64,000 nt of DNA from the human T2T-CHM13v2.0 reference genome, Homo sapiens. The position numbers were made by a program, and so were the translations under genes. The stretch's first letter is position 1. Each line of letters opens with the position of its first letter. The notes beneath the pieces were generated by a model that did no database searches, was not told where the DNA came from, and saw only the letters and a list, made by a program, of their open reading frames with translations. The DNA lies in the NCBI RefSeq assembly GCF_009914755.1, contig NC_060933.1. One strand, given 5' to 3'. Below are positions 1 through 12,700 of the stretch, one piece after another.

Positions 1-357
1 TCGCAAACAATATTTTATGAGCGATCTAACTCCAAATAGCCTAACTGCCCCCAAAGAGTTCAGATTCTCTTAATCCACTCGAACTCGTTTCTTCCTAAGG
101 CTTTACTTACACTTGTACTTTCTAAAGCTAAATAAATGAGATCTTTTGATTCATTTTGGGAAAAAAAAGACAAAAAAAAAAGAAACTTAACCCTTTCTTT
201 ATACCTTTTAAAGGCAATCTAGGTACCTTCAATGTGCAGAAATCAGTTATGACATAGGTCTATCCAGGCCCATGTATTTGTCCTCCTTTTCTAGAGACTA
301 TGGTGTGATACTAGAAAAGTTGATTTTTTTTTTCTGTAAACAGTACACTTACTTAGA

Positions 358-365
358 TGGCAGTG
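358..365 (-). promoter_or_regulatory. miR-34/449 family 8mer seed match (CACTGCCA) in 3' UTR
   Basis: Plus strand TGGCAGTG. Confidence 0.5.
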
Positions 366-3300
366 AATATTTGGGAATAAATATATCAAGCCCTCTTGAA
401 GAAAAATTAAGAGTTGTATATAAAATGCAAGTGTTCGGCGTGGAAACACTTTCTCTTCCTACCCCCCCCCTTTAAAAAAACAGCATAATTAGACATTTGG
501 ATATAGAGTATACTTTACCGGTCTAAGTCTAAATAAATGATCTGAAAGGCTTTTGTCCCCCATTGTATATCTTACAATGCTCAAAGGGTTAATACAAGGC
601 ATTACATCAAAGGGGTTTTCTAATACTAGAACTAAGCACTGAATTAATGCTTCTATTCCAGTTTTTAAAAATCACCAAACTTGCAGAAATACTAGGATTC
701 CATTAATTGATTCGTTCTAACCATATACATGGAGGTTGTTCTGATCTAACAACAAGCCCAATTTTCAACAGCACTGCATGCCAATCCTCCTCCCCCATGA
801 TCTGCTGTGATTCATACAGATCACAAAAGTTCTCATCTCAATTTCTGGATGGTTGTTCTTTTCTCACCAAGAATGTGTGTGTCTGGGGGATATAATAAAG
901 GTCAATTTATTGTATATAACCACTGCCTCAAATTGTACACAAAGGTGACTTGCCAAGTTTTTTCTTTCTACTTGTGTCCACACAGGGAGGACCAACATCA
1001 CAGTGACACTATTTTTTTTTTCCTTTTACACTAATGTTTCAAGCACAGCATTATTTTAGACATTTCAAATATATCATCTGAGGAATTTTTAAAAATTTGA
1101 AAATGCATTTAGCACTTTTAGACAGTGCATTCATATAAAAAGATTCATGATTACGGCACTAAAACCGTATTCATTCCTGAATAACTTTTACAGCATTCTA
1201 CAAGAACGTATTCATTTTTACTTGTCTACTACAAATCAAAGGCAGTCAATGCTGCACACTACTAATTTTAGGTATGCAGTGTTAAAACCATTTTCTAAAT
1301 TTTACTTTTGTTTTTAAAGTACACCATCTAAAGAGAGGTGCATAAACCGTGCTATACAGTACAAGAAAAATCACACAAAGGAAAGCAGATTTCTGAAAAG
1401 GCAGTAAGACTTATACAGTCAGTCCAAACACAGTTTGGATGAAAATCCTGAATAAGTGACTAGCAACTTGATAGCCAAAGAAAAAATTGAAAATTGGGCT
1501 CTGTCTTCCAAGGAGATGGTTCATCCATTCCACCCTATTGTTCACTGGTTTCATGAATGCAAATCTTTTGAGTATGATTTTCAAACTATATGTCAAGATC
1601 AAACTATACCCATGATACTCAATCCTATCATATGAAAATATCTTTTCTGAAACTTGAAAACAGTCAACATACCTTCCTTACATTCTTCCTCACTGAAAGT
1701 GTAGGACTTGGTTTATGTAGGTATATTTCATGACTAGTGATTGGTTATAATTGCAAGAAATACAAAGAAGTCTTAAAATGTGTACTTGTGTCATTTGTGA
1801 ATAAATCTGTTGAGTGTTAGTGTCTAATATTATTTAGAAAACCCACACTTTCAATGAGTGAAAAAAGGGAAAAAGGGAAATAAATGCAATAAATGTGATT
1901 GCTCAATTTGCTCAAATGTATAAATTGTTTTTATTTTCTTATATATTTTTCACAATTCAAATTCGAAATTGATGAAAATGTTTGTGTGTATGTCTGTGCA
2001 TGTTTTACTGTGAACTACAAATAACTAGAAGTAGCATAAACCATAGGTCTTCTTTTTATGTTTTGATCCAAACTACTTACACTAATCACAAAGAATATTC
2101 CTAATATTCATAAAGGAGATCAGAATATTTTTATTGAGTCAAGTTCAAATGTAATAATGTTTTATTAGTTCTTAATCTGTCCTAATTTAGAACAAACCAT
2201 GAACAATTGGAAGAAATGTTGAATCCTGGAGCATCCCCGATCCCTAAGCCTCATCAATCTAAATTTGCCCATTATTACCAGATTCCTGTAATGATACAAA
2301 TATATCCAACATTAAATTAAACAATGATAATAAATACATTTAAAGTCATTCAATAAACAAAATGAAACCAGTAAATACATTTGGTCCAATACAGATATAG
2401 TATCACTCAAAGGATGGCGGGTAGAGACAGGAAACTGAAAAAATTCAGAAAGGAGAGCCAAAATGAAGAGTGTTTTTTCAATTTTTGATTTTAATTTTAC
2501 CTGTAAACACTTCCTATGCACAATGAAGTAGATACATGAACTTTTGCAGATTATCATGTTTTGTTTGCCTTTTTTGTGTGTGTTTTGGTACAAATCCATT
2601 GTCTTTTTGGGAGGAAAAAGGGGGACAGTAATTTAAATGACATTTAGATGAAGGTGATGCTACTATGCTAGTGAAGACTTTCAAATATATGAGTGAGTTG
2701 TATAATAAAAAATTTGGATCAGTTTTTAAAATTACATCTAAAATATTTAAATTTTACTTAAGAAATGTTGTTGATGTTATTTGAGTAGTCTGAGGCAATT
2801 AAGCAACAACAGCTTAAATACACTGTGTATTACCCGATAAGCCATTTGGTATTTCTAACTTTACAGACTGGCTCACCTCGTCTTTCCAACCCCCCACCCC
2901 CCTTACCCCAATACCACTGGAAAGATAAACATCTTGGGTTTAATATAGGCCTCATTTGATAATCTGTCAATCATTTTGTGCTTTCCTTTTTTTTGGCTTT
3001 ATTATCTATTTATTTTTGCTGATTAGTTTTTTACAACTATTTAAATGAACAGATGTGCCTTTCTTGTGTTTTAACCATTAAATAATTTGAGTGCTTAAAA
3101 GAACCTTGGCTTTTCATGCAAATTAAAATGGGGCTGGGTGTAACTCTCTAGGATCTCACCTTCTGACTTTATAGCAGACTCCTGCCCCATGGGCACTCAT
3201 GTGTCCATGTGGACTCACCAGCACCTAGACACACAGACAAACATTTAGACTGAAAAGATGCACTTCGATAAGTACCTGCTTACTTTGTTAACTTTCTAAA

Positions 3301-4188
3301 ATTGTAACTAAATAAGAATGGTCTAAAACATATATGATTTTATGTTAACAAGTTGGTATTAAAACTAGCCTGCTATTCCACACCCTTAAGCAATCTGATT
3401 TGTAATCAAGTAATATTCAGCTCTAAGAATAAAAAATAGATCCACGGTCACTCAAAGAGGGAAACTGATTTTTGTCTTTTTGTTTTCCTTTGTTTTCCCT
3501 AAATTTCCTTTGAAGAACATGTCACCTGTCCTTACTTCAGGAATCTGAAAATGACAGGCACACTTTGTCAAATGGATTGAAGAGTTAGTCACATGAACAA
3601 AATAAACCTTACTAAACCTTAGCTTCAGTTCTGTTTTAAGGCACCATGTAATAGCCGAGGTACGATGATCCCTGATGTACATTCTTCAATGGCAATGGTC
3701 CATCCAGCCACCTATCCAAATCCTACAGAATTGGGGATAAGTAACAGTGAGGTGTGCCAGTTACACTGCCTTCAGGTTCTGTTTACAATTTAAATCCACA
3801 TACTTTAGAAACCAGGAAATAGTTTTGAAGGAAATAACGTTATGTAGGTTGCTACATTCCTTGCATTCTATAAATTCTCGTTTATAATAGCAGCATATTG
3901 AACTACTATTAGGAAAAAGACCTGGAATAAAAGAAAGTCATCCAAATGGAATGGTTTCCTGTATGTCCAGCTCAGCATAAGTAGCATGTACACTTAAAAA
4001 AAAAAAGTCAAGTCTTTTTTTTCTGCTTCAGTATCTAACTATAACAGCCCCCACTTAACAGCAGAATGCATCTGTGCAGTGGTCCCAAATACAGAATCAG
4101 TAGTCTTTAAACAGAGGAATTGGTATGCAAATAATAGTTAAAATTCAATGTTTAACGGAAGCTTGCATTGTTAACATGGTTTAATAAT

Positions 4189-4209
4189 TATGTACACAAA
4201 TTATGTACA
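4189..4209 (-). promoter_or_regulatory. Two tandem Pumilio response elements (UGUACAUA x2)
   Basis: Plus strand TATGTACA at 4189-4196 and 4202-4209. Confidence 0.5.
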
Positions 4210-4867
4210 TATTAGCATAATCTCTTGCAATTCTGTCATTTACTCTGAACTGATAAATGTACAGCTCAATTTTTCCTCAGAGAAAAATAGATGACCTTCC
4301 AAACCCTCTAGCACTATAATAAAAATGCTCTGTATTCTCTCTCCGTACTCAAAATGTTATCAAAATAGTGTCTTATGGTTCTGTCCAATGAAAAGCACCT
4401 TTCAAAAGCAAATTTGATGCATCTGCTGCCAAATGGGCATGCCTCCAGTGTAAATCAAAAAAATCATTTCTTTTGATATTTCACAGAAGTGCATCTAATT
4501 AAAAAACTTACACATGAAATCATACACCAAGACTAACAATCAACAATAAAATATTTTAAGCTACAAAAAATGTAAATTACTTTTTAATTATAAGAAAACA
4601 AAACATTGACATTAAGTGTTGTAAAAATCCTTCTTGACACCTGAAACTAAGGGAAAAAATTCATTATTAAGAAGCAAATAATTTGTTTACGTTAAAAAAA
4701 AAGATCTGGCAAAATACATACACCCATTCCATTTCACAACTCCAAAAAGTTAATGTTCAGCACAGATAGAATTTGACAACAGTCGACCTTCAGGCTTATT
4801 AAATTTTCAACTTAAGCCCAATATCAACAGGGTTAATGTAAGCTGGAAAAATACGCTTTAATATTCT

Positions 4868-5106
4868 TTAGACTGCAGTGTAGGTATTTCCTGTAGCGCT
4901 GCACTGTCTGATAGTCTGAGTACTTGTGACAATGTGCTCGCTGTGAATTGGATTCAGGAGGCTTGGTTGCACGCCAGTCTCGAGAACAGGCTGCATGCAG
5001 CCCACTGGAAATGCCTGGCTCAGCTCTGTTTTCTCTCTTTTGGCTTGAGGCTCTGAAGAGTCATCCAGTTCTTCATCCATTTCACTTTCTACTTCACTGC
5101 CTTCAT
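4868..5106 (-). CDS. RFX3: RFX3 last coding exon (exon 17): (D)EGSEVESEMDEELDDSSEPQAKREK...SATGNTYTAV*, acidic C-terminal tail
   Basis: Acceptor TTTGTTTGTGCAG|AT at 5107-5108; 239 nt, phase 1 matches the 43-nt exon; translation matches recalled RFX3 C-terminus. Confidence 0.97.
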
Positions 5107-8100
5107 CTGCACAAACAAATAATACCAAGACTATCATCGAAGACAAATTAGAAAATAGCAATCAACAGGTGCTTTAGAAACACTTTAATATAGGACATTA
5201 CGAAAGCAACAGCTTAGCTCTTCTCAGGAAACAAAGCTTAGAGGTTTTCTTTTCATCAGATTTTATTCATATCAATGCTGTACTGATGCATCTATAATTC
5301 TTTCAAACATAGTGAGATTAATTTACTTTTGGCAACTTGTGATTGATACTTTGTTAACTTTTTTAAAAAAAAAGGCCTTTGGAATTTCCCTAAGTGTTAT
5401 ATTAAATAATGGCATAATTTGTGTCATAATAAAGTAGTCACTTTGGTATGTTATGCTGGCTTTTGGGGAATGTACTGAGCTGAAAACGCAAACACAAAAA
5501 AAGTGTTGTTTCCTCCAAAAATCTACACTAAATATAAATTTTATCTATGCTAGCGTTAATGTATAAGACCTATGTTGATTCTTAACATTACTATTCCATG
5601 TATAAACAGAGGCTGCTGTAAGACTTTCTGGCACTCATCAATGTCACAGTATTAAATAAACCCTTAATTTTTATTATAAAAATTATTAAGGTTGAGGCAG
5701 TAGTATCAGATTAAAAATGTGCAATGGATTTCCATTCTTGGCAACTGATACTGTTAATAGCTGGTATTCATTTCTGGAAATTAAATGCATTATATAGTCA
5801 CTGTTACCCCCAAATTGTAATACGTTTTATATTAACTAAAGCATCATTATAATAGAATGCCATTTAATTTTTTCCAGTATGCACTGTTAAAATTCAAAAG
5901 TACATTAGAGAGAGAAAATGCACATATACAGCTTTACTATTGTGTGAGAGTCTCCTCAGAATACCTCTTCATGAGGGATAATTACAGTGGCTTGTATAAA
6001 CAGAGTCAGGTCTCCATTCTCTACTGTTCTATGGCATATCACATACAATGAATGTGCAACAAGTATCTCTTTAGTCAGATTAAGCTGGATTCTTTGCAAG
6101 CAGTAAGATTTTAACTTTACCACTTGGCAGACACCCACAGCAAAAATCTCTGCTAATGCAGCTGTCTCTATAAACAAGGCCCCTTGACTTTTCTTATTTC
6201 ATTATGACTAGGGCAAAGTTTGTTCTAGAAAAAAGCAGTGAGAGGTAAAAGGGCTTCCATATATGGCTGTACAGTGTACAGCCACCAGGAGCAAGGTCTG
6301 AGAAATGGCAATTTGTGATTAAACAGCTGGAGATTAACATGCATTACCTAGAAATGTGTGTCACGCATTAGTGACCAATAAAACAAAGAAGTGCTCTTAG
6401 ATGAGGCAAAAGACATCTCGGCCCACCGACTTTATCAAGTTACCTATTTGCCTCTGGTAAATGAACTTAATGATAATATTTGAGTGTGTCAGAACAAGTA
6501 CATTCAAAGGGTTGGAGGGCTACAGGGAGAGGGATACCTTTTGTAGACATTTACTTCATCAAGAGGGTATACTTGAAACATGTTTGCATGATATGTTTTG
6601 GTTTTTCATGTTTTTATACATAAAACAACAATGTCTGTAAGGATCTTAACACAAACTCTTCATGGTGGCAGTCTCTTATGGTTGTGATAATAAAGCTTCA
6701 CTTTCTATAGTTTCTAATTCTCTGTATTATTTGAAATTTTTCTACGGAGCAAATATCCCTTATATTATCAAGAATAAGAATTCTCATTTTGTGGGAGAAG
6801 CCCTCAAAACCTCCTAGGATTTCACATTCAGTCTTTAGGTCCTGAGTATGCCCATCTGGCTCTAACTCAAGAGCCATCAAGAGGTCTGGGGGTAAATGGG
6901 ACCAGCGTGGCCACATCCAGCAGGTGAGGACAAGTCACACTGCTTCTCTGCTCCCTGTCCACAGACTTCCCTGTACCTAAGAAATTAGTGTCAAAATAAT
7001 AAAAAAGGGAGCACTGAAAAGACAAAAGCTCATTTTCAGGCAGGGAGGGCAGTGGAGACAAAGTGAGGAAAGTTCCTCTGTCTATTTTGTTGTGGATGGA
7101 AAGGGTAGTGAGATAATGGACTGGACGATTTAAGTGTTCCAGGTAGGTTTTGCTTAGGTCTATCTCTGGGTGACAGGTTTCCTTTGGAGAACTTACAAAG
7201 CAACTTATAAAAGCAAGCCCATTCTCCAGGTCCTAAGGACAAAGGAATGTAATTCTGTAGACATTTTATGCTTCTATAAAAACTCGAAGACACTTTCTAG
7301 AAATCTACTTCAGGTTATGGAAATTTGGTGCATAAAAACTAAAATTAGGCGCTACAGGAGTTTACAGAAGACTGTGGTTCAGCACCGTGTGAAGAAGCCT
7401 GGCTGGAATTCAGTCTCTGACTGAGCAGTAAAACTCTACTGTCCTTCTGGACACCCTGGGATGAAATCCCTAAATTTGGGTTATGAGGCTTTGGTGTGAG
7501 TATATCATCAGTGTTGCTTTATGTGGGACACGGATATCAATTACCACCTTTCTTGCTCTAAAATTACTAATTAATATCATCATTGACTTATTTTTCTAAG
7601 GGTTATTTGGTTAATCCTATAGAGTATATATTTGTAGCAACAATTTTTTTGGCTATAATTTTCTCATTTCCCTGCGCTGCTAGTGTACTGAGTACCTTAA
7701 TATTGCACACTTTGGCGAATAGCGCTGAACCTCTTTACAGACTCCCCACGTACTTCTTTTCACCTCATTTTGCCCAGTGGCTCTGGCCTGGAAGGGCTAA
7801 GTGCATAGTTCTCCCCAGTTTTTGTGCATTTTGTACCTGTCGCCGATAGTCAATAACCGTAACAATTCTTTAACACCTCAAGAGACCTCCCACCCTCCGC
7901 CACCTTTTAAAAGAAAGGGCTCTGTTTCCTGCAGTGGTTAATAGATAATTTACTTGTTTTTAAAAATTGCACTGGTATATTTATCAGTATTGTTTTGCTT
8001 CTGCTCTGCTTATAAAGGTGGGTAAGATTTGTGTGCTCTATCCGCATTCTATCTCCCCCTAAGTCCACCTTGCTTTTTTTATTGTGTGATTTTGTTGATC

Positions 8101-8672
8101 TTGAGGTTCTTCAGAAATATATATCATGTTATCATATTATACTGTATATTAGAGTGGCAATGCTGATATTAAAATTTCAGAAGTACATATGTTACCTTTT
8201 TCATCTATACCACTACTAATCTTGCATTTACAGTAAACCTCACTGCTATCTCTGAGTTCTTTTTCTACACACAAGTAGGAACTGGTGAGGTAGGTGAGCC
8301 GAGGAATCTTTTTTCTTGCCTGGTGGGCCTTGAATAAAAATGTCTCATCCAATTTTATCACTTATCTCCAGGACTCTAGCCATGGTCAGAAATAATTTCT
8401 TGTTGCTTGTAATGAACTTCAGGCAAAAAGTATAAAGAATTTTATAACTACATTTAAATTCAGTTATCTGCATTTAATATACCTCATATGTAGAAGGCAT
8501 AGGGATGGGGAAAAATGGAGAAATACTGAAAAGACAGGAGTTTCCTATTTATCTAGGATTTGTATGCCACTTCCACAAAATCAGAGTGTTGTAAACATAT
8601 ACCGTATTTTCCTCTGTAAGAACTTATTAATAAATAAAAGTTCTTAAAATGTACATTATTTTCGATTCTTAC

Positions 8673-8715
8673 CTTTATCCAGATTTCCAGGAGACACGGC
8701 ATTTAAATCACCAAA
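8673..8715 (-). CDS. RFX3: RFX3 43-nt exon (exon 16): FGDLNAVSPGNLDK(D)
   Basis: Acceptor TTGTTTTGCAG|TTT, donor AAAG|GTAAGA; bridges exon 15 (phase 0) to exon 17 (phase 1) in frame; too short for the ORF track. Confidence 0.95.
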
Positions 8716-9671
8716 CTGCAAAACAATAGTCATTTGTGCAATAGTTAATATAGGGCAGAATAAAATAATACTCTATCAGTCTGTAGTAAAAATGCCAATC
8801 TATGACTCTTTAAAACTGTAAACTAGTGGCCATTTTGATCTCTAATTACATGGATCACATAATTTTCCAATCAAACTTGTCAAATTTGAACAGTTTAAAT
8901 TATGTCACAATTTAGCTGTCTTAGCCTCTTCGCAGAAGGATAACAATTTTCTCTGCTTTCCTTGCTCCATTTTACCTTTTATTATTTCAACTCAGCAATG
9001 AAGAAATAGGAGCCTGGATGACTTGGATGAAGACTGATGTGGCAAAACGAATTTGGAAAAGCCCCAATCAAGCAGGACACATCAGCTCCACCCCCTATAC
9101 TTGGCAGATGAGTCCACCTGGAAGTCTCTACATTAGAGAAACAATATCCAGCAGTTTGGCTGAACTCTATTTTTAAAGCTTTTATTAGTAAAAAAGGAAA
9201 ATAGAAACTCCAAAATTGAGTGTATTTGTTTTTACAAAATCTTTGAGACTTCTCTCAGATAATAGGGTCTCACTTTAAAAAGAAAAGCATCTGATCATTA
9301 CTAATGCCAACAAAGAGAGCTTGAAACAATATAGAACAATTAATAGCCTTCGGCTTAGACATTATTTTCTAACTTTTAGTTCAATAGTTTGATAATTTTC
9401 CAGTGAGAAAACACATTTTGAGAATCTCAGGGTGAACAAAGATGGATACACTGAATTAAAAATTGAATAGAGTAACAAAGCTAATCAAAAAAAGGTGAAG
9501 AGAAACTGCAAAGCATCTACTTTTAAAACAGTAAACATTACTTTTTTAAGGTAATAAGTCATTATTAGAAATTCAGATTTCTCAACAGGCTTAGAAAGGA
9601 TGAGGCAGAAATTCTACTTACATTCAGAAGTTTGCTTATAAAGAGTTCCATGATAGGAGTATTTTTTTCAT

Positions 9672-10170
9672 CTACAAGGTTTGTCTATAAAGTAATAAAA
9701 CTGATCTTATTTTGCAAACATACACATATTTTTTTCCTTACCTAGACAAGTACTGTTCTTCACAGTAGCTACCTTGGGAGCTTATACATTTATTCCAAGG
9801 TCCAGGGTTCTGGAATCCCTCTTTGACAATTTCAAGAGTTAGTTTATGCATCATTAGGAAAGCCCATCTTGTTATTTTACATCCAACTATGGCTCCAAAC
9901 AACACTGCAGATTTTATTTACTACACTTGGTCCTGGGATGATTTGACTACTCAACAAAATTAAATTCACCTCTGCCACAATTCAGGTTACTTAAAATAAT
10001 GTCATTTCACCTTTATTTCTTAGCATTTCAGAGGCATTCCACAACATATTTAAGCCATAGAAGCATTACTGGAACAAATGTGTAGCCTTCCTAGGTGACT
10101 GCTTTGAAGGAGACAGGGGCCTCCTAGACATGTAATTATTAGTATGTTTATTTGAAAGTCTGCCCCACTG
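9672..10170. mobile_element. Old Tc1/mariner-derived relic (MARNA-like)
   Basis: Segment CATTACTGGAACAAATGTGTAGCCTTCCTAGGTGACTGCTTTGAAGGAGA resembles the mariner 3' end (W..C....G.YFE); boundaries approximate. Confidence 0.5.
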
Positions 10171-10193
10171 TTTTAGAGCTATTTTTTAGAGTT

Positions 10194-10241
10194 ATTAAAA
10201 GTAATGGAAAAAACCACTATTACTTTTGTACCAACCTAATA
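10194..10241. mobile_element. Partial MADE1 (Hsmar1 MITE), one inverted-repeat half
   Basis: AAAAGTAATGGAAAAAACCACTATTACTTTTGTACCAACCTAATA matches the Hsmar1 TIR ending in TA. Confidence 0.8.
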
Positions 10242-11607
10242 CATCCCACGGGGCAACAAATATAAATCATAAATACTGAAGTTTTGCAGTTGTTCTTGAT
10301 CACATAGGTCAGGTCTTTTATAAGTCTAAATAAAAATTCAGTGTAAATTATGTGGATTTTCTTGAATTAAAGAATATAATCTAAACAACAAAAACCCAGA
10401 GGGATTCTTCATCAATTTTTGGTATTATTTAAATATTTTAGAACTATAAACAGAGAATGTTCAAAACTGAAGGATCATTTAACAGTTATTACTAACTGAC
10501 ATAACACAAGAAGATACAGATTTAAGGGAATACTTAACACTTAAGTTCTTGAAAGGAGTTGGTAGTGATGATTCTAAACACACCTTTATACTGATAAAAA
10601 GTGAGTATTCTATTTGCTGTTGAAAAGTCTCTGCAAGTTGTTTGTAGTTAAGTTATTATTGCTATTGCTGATCAATAATATCACACAAAGTGTCTAAAAC
10701 CAAACTCTGGACATATTTGAAAATTATCTTCAAAAGAAACATTGCATTTAGTTGCTACTTAACTCCGAAAACATGACAACTTCCTTAATACAAAGATTTT
10801 CCTTAGATGTTTCTACTTAATACGAATAATACATTTGATAATTCAGAGGCTGAAAACAGAAACCAAAACAGCTGAAATCTCAGTGATTGTTATTATCATT
10901 AACAAAAATCCAGTTACATACTAAATTCCGAGGCTTGTCATTATGCACTATGGGGGACAATGTACAAAGAATGTCAGAGACACTGTCAATACCTCTAGGT
11001 GTCTCTGGGATCAACGACAAAGTTTCACATGTACAGCAAATAGAGAGAGTAGATTAAAAATTTTAAAAATCCTGTGAAGAAGAGATAAGATTTTACTATC
11101 CTATAGAGCTGAAGGTAAAGGCTTTTATATGCATTTTACATGTGAGGGGACAACAGATGTAAAGTTACAGAGGAAAAAACACTTTAACCCTATAGATAGG
11201 CTGCATGAGATCCGCAAAATCAGTTCACTTACTCATTTAGTCAATACATATTTATTGAGGATTTACTACTTGCCAGGCACTATGCCAGCCAATTCTAGTC
11301 AGATCAATTTGGAAATATTCCTGTCTTCAGGAGGTAAGTAGCAGACATTCCCTATATTCTGAAGGGTAGGTAGGTTAGCAGAAAAATGAGCGCTTAGGAA
11401 ACCTCAGGGAAGGTTTTAGAAGTATAGGGTTCAAGTCTTAGAAATGGAAACCAATTGCATGGGTTTATGGCATGCAACAAGTCAAGCAGCAGGAAGGAAG
11501 GGTATGAACAGTGGCAGGGAAGATTGAGAGCAGGCAGAAGAAAAATAGTACCATAGATAGGGGCCAGATGACAAGATTAGGCCAGCACAAATCAAAAACA
11601 GAAGAGA

Positions 11608-11910
<303 letters not shown>

Positions 11911-12169
11911 AAAAACAGAAGAGGAGGAAGCAGTAAAAGATTTAGATGAAAAAAAAAGGAAGCTCACAAGAAACTATAGGGATTATTATGAAGTTACAGC
12001 ATCACAAATTGGGAAAACTTACTGTTTTGTAATTTCTCCTCTTGCACAAAGGATTAGAGGGGGCTACTCTTCACTGACGTGACATCTTACCACTTATAAG
12101 GTGTGTCTGTGGTTCAGTATACAGTAGGCTTTCTCTCAAACAGACTGCGAGTGTCACACAGTCAATATT

Positions 12170-12435
12170 GCTTCCCTGAAGCTTTCCTGGCAGCCCTATC
12201 TTGAGTATCACCATCCCTGTCACTCTCAGTCACCGCATCATGCTCACTTCCTACAAAGCACCCACCACAACCTGCCGAACTTATTTTGTTTCCTCACCTA
12301 ATATATGTCTTCCCAACCAAAATGTTACTGCCATGGGTAAGAAAGTTCATTTGTTCTCTTCATAAATGTATCCCACCTGGTATAGTGCCTGATACACATT
12401 AAAGGCTGAATAAATACTTACCAGATGAATGAATT
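12170..12435 (+). mobile_element. L2 3'-end fragment
   Basis: TATAGTGCCTGATACACAT...AATAAATACTT...GATGAATGAAT; boundaries approximate. Confidence 0.6.
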
Positions 12436-12600
12436 TACTTCCTCATTTCAGCCTCACCAAAACAACTTAGGAATTTGGCAAGTTAAGTGTTTAGATTTCA
12501 TCTTACAGCTATTGAAAACAATGAGTTGATTAGTCTAATGTCATGTAGTAAATATGGTGTTGTTAGATTTGAGACCAGATATTCTCCTTGGTTTAGAATC

Positions 12601-12601
<1 letters not shown>

Positions 12602-12632
<31 letters not shown>

Positions 12633-12700
12633 GGGATGGGATGTGGGGTGAGAGAGGGAGGGGAGGGAGGGGAAGGGAACAGAGAGAGACAGACAGAGAG
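12602..12700 (+). repeat. (GA)14 plus G-rich purine tract
   Basis: Direct reading. Confidence 0.9.

Larger units (their letters stand above)
1..4867 (-). other. RFX3: RFX3 long 3' UTR (terminal exon, non-coding part; probably continues past the window start)
   Basis: Follows the TAA stop at 4868-4870; AU-rich, no recognisable interspersed repeats over 4.8 kb, many miRNA seed matches and several AATAAA hexamers on the minus strand. Confidence 0.8.

Noticed and set aside
5107-5161. ORF-track N-terminal extension of the last exon (similarly for exons 8, 9 and 14)
   Set aside because: Intronic sequence upstream of clear AG acceptors, open by chance
11320-11340. Strong plus-strand donor GAG|GTAAGT (also CAA|GTAAGT near 34000) suggesting an antisense transcript
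   Set aside because: Isolated motifs with no coherent exon chain or promoter
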